From Eledone cirrhosa (taxonomy: Eukaryota): DNA of 64,000 nt. Position 1 is the stretch's first letter. Every line of letters begins with the position of its first letter. The notes beneath the pieces are model-generated. The model worked only from the letters and a program-made list of their open reading frames with translations. It made no database searches and was not told where the DNA came from. The translations under genes and the position numbers were made by a program. This document shows, piece by piece, positions 13,911 through 27,280 of this stretch. The stretch is from assembly GCA_964016885.1 (NCBI GenBank), contig OZ024745.1, positions 69,130,001 through 69,194,000 of the forward strand. The letters run 5' to 3'.

Positions 13911-16900
13911 CTGAAAAGGAACTGGTAGCTAAAGTAGAAGAGGCACTTAGGAATGGCAGTACAGCTGATGTGTTAGCGGCGAGAACGGCACTAGACCAGT
14001 TCTTCAACGTGAAACACGAAGGTTGTAATATCAGAAGTAGAACACGTGCTCTAAGAAACGAGGGAGCCAAAGCTGTTAGCTGGGCCCGATTGGCAGAGGC
14101 GAAAAGTGGCAACAAATCCACAATTCGGTCTTTGCAAGACAAAGAGAGACGCATTCTAGTTGAATCCAAGCAGATGTGCACGGCCTTCCAGCAGCATTTT
14201 GCACAACTGTTCGGGTAAAGCGGTACGTCGAGCAAGGTGATGGACTTCAGTTCCTACCTCGACGGCCTACCACGACTCTCGAGTTCGGATGCAGAGAGCT
14301 GCGAAAGGCCGATCACAGCGGGCGAAATAGAAGATGCCCTAGGCAAACGCAAATCACCCGGTTTAGATGGTCTACCCTATGAGTTTTACATAGGCATGCC
14401 AGACTCGTTCTCTGGCGTCCTCGAAGCGGTCCACTGCAACTGGCAGCAGAACGGGAGGATTCCCAGTTCTGAAGGCAGATGCGTAGTAACGCTGATCAGG
14501 AAAGATGAGAACAAGGGGGATGAGATAAGCAATTTCAGGCCCATAACTCTGCTCAACACAGAGTTAAAGATTTTGGCCAAGGTGTTAGCAACGGGGCTGG
14601 CGCTTGTCGTCGAAAACCTAGTAGGGGAAGCGCAAACGTGTGCAATCCCGACCAGGTCCATACACGACAAACTCCACCTCATGCGACACATCATAGAGAG
14701 GGTGTAAACTAGGCTTCGGTGGGGCTCTGATCAGTCGAAGTCATTTGATAGGGTCAACCATCAATACTTGGAAGCGGTTCTCAAGGTTGCAAGCTTCGGT
14801 CCCGTCTACAGAGGCTGGATCGCTGTCATGCACACCAGCATCTACTCGACCGTCAAGGTGAATGGCTACCTATCGGAGCCATTCCAACTCATGCGTTCCA
14901 TCCTGTATGTACTGTCTCGTGAGCCATTACTGCGGAAGTTGGAGCTGTTGCAGGGCATCCCGATCGAACCAGAACTGCGGAAAGCAGCGTCGGCCTATGC
15001 CGACGACATCACCGTAATGGTGTCGAAAACCTCGGAAATCGTGGTAATCGGCACCTATTACAGGAATACGAAACGTTGACAAGAGCAATACTAAACCGGA
15101 ACAAGTCTATCGGTTTGCAACTCGGCACATGGAAAGGCTAACCCATGCCTTCCGACAGTGTCGTTGGACGCTGAACGGAAGGACCGGTGAAATTGCTCGG
15201 GGGCCTGGTTTGGTCCATACATCCAGGTGGACAATAACTGGAATGAGGTCACTGCGAAGGTGTTTGCACTCACCCAGAGTGCAAACCCTCCTTGAAAGGT
15301 CGAGCGGAGGTGGCGAACACTTTCATAGCGTCTGTCATCTACTACCGCTTGACAGTCGTGACTTGTCCCCGCGAATACCTCACCAAAATGGAACGCCTAC
15401 TCTTCAAGTTCCTCTGGAAGCAACAGGCTCCATTGGTGAGGAGATCCATCTGTTGTCAACACCCTTCTAACGGAGGGCTGGACATGCCGTGGCTGATGAT
15501 GCGCAAACACGCGCTGAGGTTTACGCCATCTTCAGGTATTCCTGACCGGTGAACCGGTGTGGCTGTCATTTGTGAGACGAGCCCTTCCACAACTCATCAC
15601 ACTAACAGAACTGCAGTCCTGGGTCAAGCGAAGACAGAAAATGGGCGCCTGGCACCTCGAGTGCCTTTAGGCGCTCACAGTCCTCTACCAAGCGGAAACG
15701 GCAATCAGCAGAGACTCCACTTCGACAATTTATAGAGGATTAGTGGAGGATAAGTGCGACGATGTTGTTGTGGAAACTCTAGGCATCGAGGAGGACGAAC
15801 TGACCAGTCTGTTCGGGAGGACTTTCCGCCCAGGGCCTATGGATAACTTCCAGAGGTCTCTAGCCTGGCAGTGCTACCGAGGAACTCTACCAGTTCAAGA
15901 CAAAATCTACAGGCACGGACGCTCTGGCAGAGCTACCGATGAGCTCTACCAGTTCAAGACAAAATCTACAGGCACGGGCGCTCTGGCAGAGTTACCGAGG
16001 AGCTCTACCACTTCAAGACAAAATCTACAGGCACGGACGCTCTGGCAGAGTTACCGAGGAGCTCTACCACTTCAAGACAAAATCTACAGGCACGGACGCT
16101 CTGGCAGAGCTACCGAGGAGCTCTACCAGTCCAAGACAAAATCTACAGGCACGGACGCTTTGGCAGAATTACCGAGGAGCTCTACCAGTTCAAGACAAAA
16201 TCTACAGGCACGGACGCTCTGGCAGAGTTACCGAGGAGCTCTACCAGTTCAAGACAAAATCTATATGCACGGACGCTCTGGCAGTGCTCCTGCCTAAAGG
16301 ACCTGTCCAAGATCTGACAAAGACATCGAAACCGTTCTGCACGCAATTGTTCAGTGCCCAGGGGTGATCGACCTGTGGAATTATGTCGAATAGCTATGTC
16401 ACGTGTGGGACGCATCCAGTTGTCAGCTGAGTCCATCGTGAGGATCACCCCGCCTCCTTCATTTAAGAATGAAGGAGAGGCGGTTTTCCTCTGTCTAATG
16501 GCTATGGCGAAAGAGGTAATATGGTGGGCGAGGTTAAAGGACTGAGGGCAAACACCTTTCTCTCCGGACAACAACTCATCCCTTCTTTAAGTACCACTTT
16601 AGACGGAAGGGGAGAGTGGAGAGAGAGGTGCTACACTCCAGTAAATTCGCTGTAAGGTGGGTGAATGTGGCGAAAATGGCCCGTGTGAATGAGCCTTATC
16701 TGTATATAAACCTGTAGGTTGAGGAAGCTAAACAGAGGGAAGGCGGAAACACCTACAAAACGTGTTCCTGGTGTTGAGGGTTGTTCTATCCACGGGGTGT
16801 AAAACAACCCTGCAGTAACGTTCCCCGCTATTGGGGATTTCATTTGTTATTTTATTATATATAGTTTATTGTTATTTATTAATGTTAAAGTTATATGATT

Positions 16901-16972
16901 TTTATGTAAAAACCCCCGCCGTCACGTCTTGTAATGTCCCATTTTTGTACACCCTTGTGGCAAATAAAGAAA
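13911..16972 (+). mobile_element. 5'-truncated, frameshifted L1-clade (Tx1-like) LINE ORF2: reverse transcriptase plus C-terminal Zn knuckle, with 3'UTR
   Basis: KSPGLDGLPYEFY, NFRPITLLNTELKILAKVLA, KSFDRVNH, SAYADDITV (~14996), GGLDMP, WQCYRGTLP and CPRS..ETVLHAIVQC; AATAAAGAAAG at the 3' end; many stops and frameshifts; flanked by (TATC)n. Confidence 0.93.
15866..16289 (+). repeat. Seven 59-bp tandem repeats inside the LINE ORF2
   Basis: caagacaaaatcta recurs at 59-bp spacing from ~15896 to ~16250; the array is bounded by ctggcagtgct microhomology. Confidence 0.95.
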
Positions 16973-18894
16973 GATATCTATCTATCCACATATCTCTCTA
17001 TCTACATATCTATCTATCCAGATATCTATCTATCTACATATCTCTCTCTCTTCTCTCTCTCTCTCGCTGTACATATATATGGAACTCTGAATTACACTCC
17101 CTGGACCCCCCCTCCCACACACACACCCACATATCCTCAGCTCTGTTTCTGCTACTTTGCATAGCACGTTTTTCTTCCCTGTATCGTTATCCCGCTTCCT
17201 TTTAAACTAATATTGCTTTTATCACTTATAATACTTCATCCTTTTCTCCTTTACCTTATATTTTCTCGTATCCCCTTCCTTCTATTTCTAACCTAACTTC
17301 CTCGCACCATTCTCTATCTCATCACTTCCTTTTTCATTTCATTTCCCATATCTTTTCTTTCTTTTTGCTTGTTTTGCGTTTATTCTCTTTTACTCCAACG
17401 CACTGTTTCTGCTTTTCAAAGTTTTACGTACACACGCACACCTTACCCCCCCTTAATATCACCAAGAAATTAGCCAGTTCATTAGAATTCATGGGTAGCT
17501 TCAACAATCAATGCTGCAAAGATTTTTCTTTTCACAGAAATATTTGCTGTTTTTTTTGTTTTGTCTTTCTATTTCTTCTCCTCCTCATGCATCTTTTAAT
17601 TGTGATTCAGTTCTTTGTTAGAATCGTCTTTGAACAATCTCAGCTTCGGATAAAAAAAGAGAAGGATTAAAACTACGTTTTCTTGAACATCTTTGAAAAT
17701 AGAAATTCGAAAGCCGTCTCTTTATTGTCCTTATACTGGTAATGTTAGCCTTGATGTTCGAATTCTAATGCTAAATGAAGATTGATTATGGTAAGCGATC
17801 AAACAGCTCATTAGTGCTTGTACTACTGCTAGAATTTATTGAACCTTGCTTTCATTATCATTGATGTAAGCGACGCCACTGGCAAAAGCAATATTAACGG
17901 CTGGGCCACGGTCAACTACTCATAACACACTCCTCCAAATTTTACTCGTTCGTCTTTCATTCATTAAGCAATAGAGAATTCGGATTGCTTCTCTTTGAGT
18001 TATCCCCAAGAGTATTATTCCTCTAATCCATTTCGCTTTCTTGTTGGCAAAAATCTAGTTCTTTCTCGGCGTAATAATTTCTTTTCGTAGGAGAAAAAGT
18101 GTTATGAAATCACCGATAAATTTTCGATTGACCAAGCGTTTCAGATGGAGTTTATATCATACCCTTCATCTCATACTACTCTAAAGTTGGATTTATATAC
18201 ACCCACTCGTTTTATTGATTACGACTGTAGAATTATATTATATTAATACTTGGAAGCTGTATTAGATTTCTGGGAAACCTAATGGGATATAATAGGTACA
18301 TAGGAAGATAAAAAAAAATTGTCGAAAAAAAAAAATCATAAAAACTTGATACGACTTGTTGATATCAAATAAATTATGTGAGCAAGATATTAGAGATATG
18401 ATAAATCTTAAGGGATACTAATTAATTGATGGGTGTGAGGAAGCAGGGTGAACGGGTTATTTCATTTGATATATAATCAATAGAATCAATGAAATTAGAT
18501 GAGGGTAGCATGAAAACATACTAATCAGAGGCAAGACAATCGACTACATGCGAGGAATCAGTTGAAATACATTCTCCCCACCCACACATAAGGACGAATA
18601 AAGGCGTCCGACAACTTCCAACTAAATTTAGTTTACCATTTTAAACATAAGTCAAGCAAAATATATTACACTTCAGAATATATTAAGTAATTGTGATATA
18701 ATACATATTTACTGCTTATATACAGTTCGGCTCTGATAGGGCAACCTATGTTTAAATCTTAATTTATGAATGACAGAAAAAACAAAACACTAACAAAACA
18801 AAAACTAAAACAAAATAAACGAAAAATTCCAAAGAGGAAAAAATGGTGGGGAAGAATGAGGAGGAGGCAATTTCCAAACTCAAAATAATTCGTA

Positions 18895-19075
18895 GATACA
18901 GCTAGTTGACAAGATGAAGAAACTGTTACAGAGGAGAACAGCCAGCGATATCCTCTGCATCAGCCATTCCGCCTCGCGAACCTCCTTTCTCAGCTATGAA
19001 ACCCTCCAACCAATTTGATAGAAAATAAAACTTCCCTAAAGACATCAATAGCTTTGTGTAAGCGCTTGAGGACCA
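18895..19075 (-). pseudogene. CRE-clade non-LTR retrotransposon 3' fragment (restriction-like endonuclease C-terminus)
   Basis: Minus strand EVREAEWLMQRISLAVLLCNSFFILST resembles the RE..L.QR.S.A..RGNA..IL motif. Confidence 0.55.
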
Positions 19076-19272
19076 ATCGAAAAAAATCTTTTAATCTGAT
19101 TCTTGACTTTAAGCATGCACATATAATTTGATATAGGATTAATTCTACAAAAAGAAAAAATTATCCCCCAAAACTCATTCCTTGACATTATGAGTTGAAC
19201 GAAAAAGTTTCTTTGATGCGGCTAAGGAATACCTCGATCACGGTTGAATTACCGCTCTCATTTAATTTTGAA

Positions 19273-19303
<31 letters not shown>

Positions 19304-19349
19304 CATACATACATACATGCATATATATATATATATATACATACATACA

Positions 19350-19387
<38 letters not shown>

Positions 19388-20429
19388 CATACATACATGC
19401 ATATATATATAGAGAGAGAAAGAGAAAGAGAGGACATTGTCTGTCTTTGTGTCTTTCCATTGTTGATGATGATTTGTTAGCCACAAGAAACCAAATTGAA
19501 TCGGTACAAGTTCAAATTATAGTCCTCACGAGAATGTGATATTCACGTTTTTAAGCAATTCCTTACCCAGTCACCGATTACATACACACACATACGCGGG
19601 CACACACACACATACACTCACTCCCTATCCCCATATATATATATATATACACATGCAGAAAAAGGCGGAGTGCGGTACTTTAGTTTGATTAATATAAGTT
19701 GCTTTAAGCACCATAACACATCTACACTTTCTGGCAATCGTTAGACTTGTCTTATGAGAGTTATAAACCATAATAAAACTGAATTGATGAGATAAGAGCA
19801 ACACATGTATGACTGCTAATACGACTTCTGCATTTTATTCCCATTTAATAAACCTCTTGATTGTTGGTAATTATTCTGTATTAAATAATTGAGTATTTGG
19901 AAGTATAGCTTACTCACTGTGGGTAAAAGTAGGTAAATATATAAATATGTATATAGATAAAATACATTCACTATACCAGTATTTTGTTAAAACAATTCAT
20001 CACATTGTTTACAATCAAACGCTATCAATATAGTACTATTACACCTATCTCGCTTTGAATGTCAAGTTCTGTACGGATCCGATTATTACTTAATCTCGAG
20101 TATTACTTAATCAAGAATGTTAACTGAGTTTTGTGAAGTGCATAAAAGTAGCCCCTTGTGCAATGGCTAGTACTGATAACACAAAATGAGTTGCTAGTAA
20201 ATTTTGTTGTACTATGGGGAATAGCCAGATATTTCTTCTTTCTCTGTGTGTCATAACATTCATGAACTTGGTTGGCCTCGTTTGGGGATTCAGCCGTATC
20301 ACAATTGGAGACAGTTGTTTCTGACAGGCCCTGTTGGAAGGTGTACTCGAGGAGGAAACTGCCCCCCCCCCCCCGACCCTCCAAGCAATATGTGAAAAAA
20401 GAAGAAGAAGAAGTTGTAAGTAATAAAAG

Positions 20430-21940
20430 TAAGATATAGGTAAATCTATGAGTAAAATCTATGTGTCATATTTGGAGAGATTCGTTTGTACTTTATATAT
20501 AAACAAAAACACAATGTAGAATGCCAGGCTTTGACAAAGACTAAGAAATACAACAAACTGAAAACGATTCAACATTTAGACAAGCTAGCATCCTTATACG
20601 AACAGCAACATATTTTAATATATTATGAAGTATGTTATCTAATTGCAGAAGATGTTAAACTCACATGAAAAGCGAAATCGTTAAAGAGTGTATAGTCAAG
20701 GGTATTAATATATTAATTTATCATGGGGGCAGTTTCTGACATAATAAAATACATGCCTATCAATATTAATGCTTAATAATTTGCATTTTGTTTGATAGCT
20801 CCAGATGAGTCATAATATATAATGTATATGACATGGTTGGCTATATTTGCCTGTGTAATAAAGGAAACCTAACGATTGGAGATTTACATACATTAAAATT
20901 GATACTCTGAGTACCAGCGGTGAAGAATAAGTTGTTGTTGATTTCGATTTACTATATGCAAACCTCAGCAGAGGTTACCTATCAAGTCTATGATTTCAGA
21001 AAGGACTTGTTGTCTTAGACACGAAACAACTGGACAATCCCCAACTGGATTTCAATACCTAATAAAAACCTGTGATAAGTTGATGTGATAATATATTAAC
21101 TTTCTATAAAAAGAGACAACAGTGGATCTAAAGATATTTTGCAGGATCTCGAAGCAGAATATAATAATTTATTGTACCTGTATGAGGTTTACTGGTTAAG
21201 TAATCGGCACACGCTCCAGGGATTCTGAAAGATGAAATTAAATTGTTTATGGATTGTCAAGGCTTAGTCATTCTGGAAACAGCAGTTCAAAAATGACTGT
21301 GATGTGGCATTTTCGATCGATATCATTAAACATGAATGATATAAATTTACAAATGCTGGATCAGAATCAGTTAGTTATCTCTCGACCTGCCTATATCAAA
21401 AGCTTTGATTCAATTTAAAAACTTTTCGTAATTTAACTGAAAAGAAACAATAAAAAATATTAAGCATAGTATATTCTCCCGCACTGGTAGTACAGAATAT
21501 AGAATCGATAGGCGAATATTATACCGAATGTCCCAATATTTTGGATCAGTTTCAAAAAAGTTTTTGAGATTTACAAAATCATGAGATCGAACAATGAATT
21601 TGAAAACTTCCTTTGATGTGGCACCAGATAATGTTCCCGATCTCGTGGTACTTGAGTTGATTCATTTATAATCGGATGATAATTTGAGATCTAAATTCAT
21701 TTACAATCCGATGCTACTTTGATATCGAAATTGTATAGTTTATCTATTTTATAATTCTATAAATCCTATCCAGATATTGAAAACTGTCCTCGTTTGATGA
21801 ATCATATGCCGGAAATCGTATGAATATTTACTATGACTTTTTTCTGAACATTAACTGTACCCAGGAAACATCTTCGCGCTGAACTTACTAATAATAATTC
21901 GCCAAACCAGTTTAAAAACTACTGTATCACTAACCCGAAA
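20430..21940 (+). pseudogene. Highly decayed hAT (Charlie/GTF2IRD2-like) transposase
   Basis: Fragmented motifs in the expected order: EVCYLIAE, EIVKECI, LIAPDES (~FSLALDES), LEAEYNNLLYLYEVYWLS (~LLYHTEVRWLS), VAFSIDI..MNDINLQM (~LAFLxD..LNxLNLxLQ). Confidence 0.75.
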
Positions 21941-22442
21941 AAAAAACAACAACTCCTCATTACGATGTAAGGTAAGACATTAAATTAAAAATATTATACA
22001 TGGATTCACATCTTACACGGTGAGTTAATTCCCCAAATAAAACATGACGTATGCTTAAGACCATTGTATAAAAGTTCCTATGTACGTCGATGTTTTGAAG
22101 GAGGTTTAGTATCAGGTTCTCTGAAGTGTGATCGAACTTTGTGGAGAAAAATATCTCATGTTGATGCGCAGTCTGCAACTGTCGGAATTTAGCGTCAAAG
22201 TATAAGTCTCTGAAAGCGGCACATGGACGGTGACAGTGGTATGTTATGTCTCCGCGAAGAAAACTTAAATCTACAGGATTTGATTTCAAAATAATCGTAC
22301 ATATACTTTTACACATTTACTGCTATCAGTCATTAGACTGCAGGCATAATGGGGAACCAACCTAAAAGGGTTTTAGTTGATTTAATAGCCTGGTACTTAT
22401 TTACCGATATCTCTTTCTCATAACATACATACAGTATATATA

Positions 22443-22479
<37 letters not shown>

Positions 22480-22483
<4 letters not shown>

Positions 22484-23095
22484 CGGTCAAATTTTCCTAC
22501 TCGACTACCAAAAATATACAAAATATAAGTGCCTACAATGCATATAAATGTAAGCAAACCATGAATATACCACCAACACATCAAACTAACCATAATACTA
22601 AAATAAACCGCAACAAACTACCGTCTCCTTCACATATAACATGTCGAGTAAATTCCACACCAAATTTGACTAACTCCCCTGATATAATATTCACGAATGG
22701 TTGTAACTGTAGAATCAAAGGTAATTGCCCATTAAAAGGAAATTGTCTTATTAATAACATAGTATATAAATGTAAAATTAGCACTAAGGACTCAATTTAA
22801 AGTAAGATTTAATACCCACAAACATATTTTTTTTTAAATGCCGCATTAGCTAATACAACATCCTTGGCTGAAATAATTAATAATTATAGAAAAAAGAATA
22901 TCGATTATAACCTGACCTGGAGTGTGCTTAAAAGGGCCACCCCTTATCAAAATAACAGATATGAGTGTAGATTATGTTCCCAGGAACTTTTGAAATAATG
23001 AAATCTAAGGATATCCGATTAAATAAGCGACAAGAATTAATTATATCGTGCAATCATAGAATTAGGAGAACTTTCAAATATTATAAACCTAATTA
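22480..23095 (+). pseudogene. Penelope-like element 3' ORF fragment: Cys-rich linker plus GIY-YIG endonuclease (Naiad/Neptune type), decayed
   Basis: GCNCRIKGNCPLKGNCLINNIVYKCKI..RFNTHK..TSLAE..YNLTWSVLKRATPY..CRLCSQE..RLNKRQELIISCNH. The YIG segment appears deleted. Begins immediately after (TA)n. Confidence 0.8.
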
Positions 23096-23220
23096 ATATA
23101 CACCTTACACTTATATTTTACAAATTATTATAATTAGTTTTTTTAATTTAGTTAACCTATAATTATTATTTTACTACTGAGAACTTCATAATTTTATTTC
23201 CCTTTTACAGCTCTCTTTTC

Positions 23221-23575
23221 CTAAAATTAATACCTATAAGTACACATATAAACTATTTTAATTTCCTGTTATGAATCCAAATTCCTTGTAGTCTATATAA
23301 GTTTGTTATTTCTCACTAATACATTTATCCCAAAACCTTTTTCCTTCGTTTTTAACAACATTCTTTAATAACATCTAACCTTTATTTATCACATCTATAT
23401 GAATTAATATAAATTTATACCTATAAGTATACCTAACAATTAAATTAATTTAATTTCTTGTTATAGATCTAAATTCATTGTGTTTTAAATAAGATTGGTA
23501 TTTCTCACTAATACATTTACCCTAAAATGTTATTCTCCTTCGATTTTAACATTAGCATTATTCTTTAATAACATC
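23221..23575 (+). repeat. Diverged direct duplication (~155-165-bp units, ~190-bp spacing) in the AT-rich region downstream of the PLE ORF
   Basis: tacctataagta...ttttaatttc...tatttctcactaatacattta...ttctttaataacatc occurs twice (23221-23374, 23410-23575). Confidence 0.8.
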
Positions 23576-23827
23576 AAATTTTCATGTACCTTTCACCGGC
23601 TTGACCTCTTTTCATCGCAAAGTAATGTTTTCATTCAAAGTATTCTTTCTATTCAAAACTTAAGTCTGCATTCCTCTACCCCTAAATTAAATTTCTACTA
23701 CTACTATTCTATCAACTTGACCACTTACTACTTTTCTATTGGTCAATTCAAAACCTGTTCCCAAACAGATCTATTATATTAAATCTTTGTTGATTTTTTT
23801 CAATAAACAAATATCATTAGTTCTGAA

Positions 23828-24142
23828 CCGAGGTTGACTTTGCCTTTCATCCTTACGGGGTCGATAAAATAAAAGTACCAGTAATGCACTGGGTATTTGC
23901 TGGCCTTGTGCCTAAAGTAGAAACAATTATTTCTGAAGACAGCGGTGAATTGGCAGTATCGGTAGAGAGTCGGACGCCATGCTTTGCAGCATAGTTACGT
24001 CCCTTTACGATCTGAGTTCAAATCCCGCCGAGGTTAACTTTGCCTTTCATCCTTACGGGGTCGATAAAATAAAGTACCAGTAATGTGCCGGGTAATTACT
24101 GGCCTTGTGCCAAAAGTAGAAACAATTATTTCTGAAGACAGC
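23828..24142 (+). mobile_element. Tandem Meta-like SINE copies (5'-truncated plus full-length)
   Basis: Same family as 8879-10320; both units end in aacaattatttctgaagacagc. Confidence 0.9.
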
Positions 24143-24446
24143 ATATATATGTGTAGGTATGTATATTTCCTCTGATAGTTTGTACATTTTTTACATAGGT
24201 CTATATGATATACATACCAACACACACATATATATCCTAGAAACGATCGTAAAATGATGAATTTTTTAATATAAGGAACTGTTTCTTTGTTTTTATTCAT
24301 TGTTTTTATTAATTTATCTTGACTCTGTTTTCCTGTGACTTTCATCGAAAAAATCTTTGTATATATCTTCTCTTTTCATGATATTTGGTTTACATTGAGT
24401 TCTTCATACGGATTGGACACTACCGTATATTTTGGTAGATTTATCT

Positions 24447-24775
<329 letters not shown>

Positions 24776-24795
24776 ACATACACACATACACACAC

Positions 24796-24928
<133 letters not shown>

Positions 24929-25721
24929 TGTTCTCAGTATTTGACTGGTACTCTGTTTTATCAATCTGGAAGAATGAAATACAAAGTTGACCTCGGTGAG
25001 ATTAGAAATCAGATTGTATATCACCTCCGGAACAAATACCGCGAAGTACTTTGTCCACCATTTGTGCCAGTCCACCACCTACACCTAAACATATAATACG
25101 AGTGACCTCTCGATTCTCCTGCAATTCAGATATTTTTCTGCATTTTCTTTTATTCATTTTCATGCAACATTCAAAGAACAAATACATTTTGTAATTATTA
25201 CTAAATTATAATTTTAATTTTGCACAGATTCATTGAAATTTTGCTCAGAACGATTGCATTTTTCATGTAAAATTAATTTGCGCGTCACATTTCCATATAA
25301 AGGTTGCAAAATCTAATCTCCTTTACCGCAACCATTGGCTAATTACTAATATTTAACCCCTGAAATGACTCTCGCTCGTGCCTTGTATAAACCTTAGAAT
25401 GAACTCATTCTACCAAATGAAATAATACCCCATTCTGTTTTATGTAGTTTCAAATAAATTCAGTAAAATTCTTGCAGAATTCAATTACAGAATTATTCAC
25501 AGTAGTCAACTAAAAAAAAAACTTTGAGAATGGCGGAGGGTGTTGATTTAAACAAAATTAAAAATAAACACTACTACGTGTGTAAAGAATGGAGTGTTTT
25601 CAACATGAAAAAAGAATCTAATGCCATCACACTATTGAAATAGTCAGAAATATTTTATAAATAATATAGGACAGGAGAGTATGTGTATGTTGGTTATAAT
25701 ATATATGTGGCATATGTGTGT

Positions 25722-25792
<71 letters not shown>

Positions 25793-25913
25793 GGAGGTGA
25801 GTTTTATTGTAGCACAATAAAGCAATGCAAATATCGGATAAGTAGCACTCAACAGGTTCTAGGACTGGAGTATATATAATATAAAATCAAAAGGTGGTTA
25901 AAAGAGTTCCATG

Positions 25914-25984
25914 TATTTTATTATGCGCATTTCAAAAACAAATATCATCTTGGGATGATATTTGCGTTCTCATCACATAAAATA
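25914..25984 (-). ncRNA. Hammerhead ribozyme copy with a C3G core mutation (GTGATGA); probably impaired
   Basis: Mirror of 26099-26169. The plus strand has tcatcac at 25970-25976 instead of tcatcag. Confidence 0.65.
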
Positions 25985-26098
25985 GGGGGACATGATATGA
26001 AGCTTAAAAACACTTGCGAGCAGTGAAGTGTTAAATCAACATATGTTGATTTAACACTTCACTGCTCGCAAGTGTTTTAAGTTTCATATCATGTCTCC

Positions 26099-26169
26099 TA
26101 TTTTATCTGATGAGAACGCAAATATCATCACATGATGACATTTGTTTTTGAAATGCGCATAATAAAATA
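26099..26169 (+). ncRNA. Type I hammerhead ribozyme (family B)
   Basis: TATTTTAT-CTGATGA (26107-26113)-gaacgcaaatatcatc/acat/gatgacatttgttttt-GAA-ATGCGCAT-A-ATAAAATA. Perfect 8-bp stem I, palindromic stem III, predicted cleavage after A26161. Confidence 0.88.
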
Positions 26170-26203
26170 CATGGAACTCTTTTAACCACATTTTGATTTT
26201 ATA

Positions 26204-26242
<39 letters not shown>

Positions 26243-26526
26243 AAAGATTTCCACATCTTAAGATGACTATATTCTATCAATGTATTGAGTACCTATTTTA
26301 ACATGTGGTTACTCCACGACACAACTAGGCCCCTACATATTCTATCACACACATACACGTATATATATATACGAGAAAGAGAGAGAGAAAGGGAGTAATA
26401 GATAGAAAAAGAAAGAGAAAGAGAGATATTTACAAACGTATGCATTTATAAGCTCGTGTGCATTGAAAGGGAAATGCACACACGCTCACAATTATACACG
26501 TACTCATACATAAATACATACATACA

Positions 26527-26845
26527 GCTGAACTAATGAGGAATCTGCAAATACTCCACCTTGACTATAACTTTAGATTGGTTTCTGTGATCATTGGGGC
26601 GCTGCGATATATTACTAACTACTCCAGTACATATCATGAGAAGCAGGGCTTCACAGAAGAAGAAAGGACGCGGTTACTTAGAAATTTGCAAGTTCAGTCC
26701 ATTAATGAGACTGTAAAAATATATAAAACATTACAGAAATTCATCATCTAATAACAGCATATACGTATATATAGATACAAAAATGTACGTGTACACATTA
26801 TCTCAAAACATACAGTCCCACACATGCAATAACGGCCATAGGTAC
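26527..26845 (+). pseudogene. R4/Dong-like (RLE) non-LTR element 3' fragment
   Basis: ELMRNLQILH..FRLVSVIIGALRY...LQVQSINETVKIYKT resembles the RLE C-terminus (P.VIGALG ... LQ....GT.KI); similar to ~55980-56050. Confidence 0.65.
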
Positions 26846-26860
26846 AGAGAGAGAGAGAGA

Positions 26861-26933
<73 letters not shown>

Positions 26934-27140
26934 GCATACAGATGCATCCATGCATACTTAGTTCATATCTAAATGAAAGGCACTTGCCACTTTATTGGTG
27001 AAAATTTATAAAATAATAAAACCAGAACATAAATACATATCTACGTACGTACATATATGCATATATATGTATATATATATATATATAAAATGAAATTTCA
27101 TTTCTCACTCTTAGTACGGCTGATGATACATACTTATATT

Positions 27141-27234
<94 letters not shown>

Positions 27235-27280
27235 TGTATGTATGTATGTATGTATGTATGTATGTATGTATGTATGTATG

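Larger units (their letters stand above)
25790..26206. mobile_element. Hammerhead-bearing mini-element (family B): ~85-bp leader plus ~330-bp spacerless palindrome, inside (TA)n
   Basis: Arms 25877-26042 and 26043-26206, centred on caacat|atgttg; (TA)n on both sides. Confidence 0.8.
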
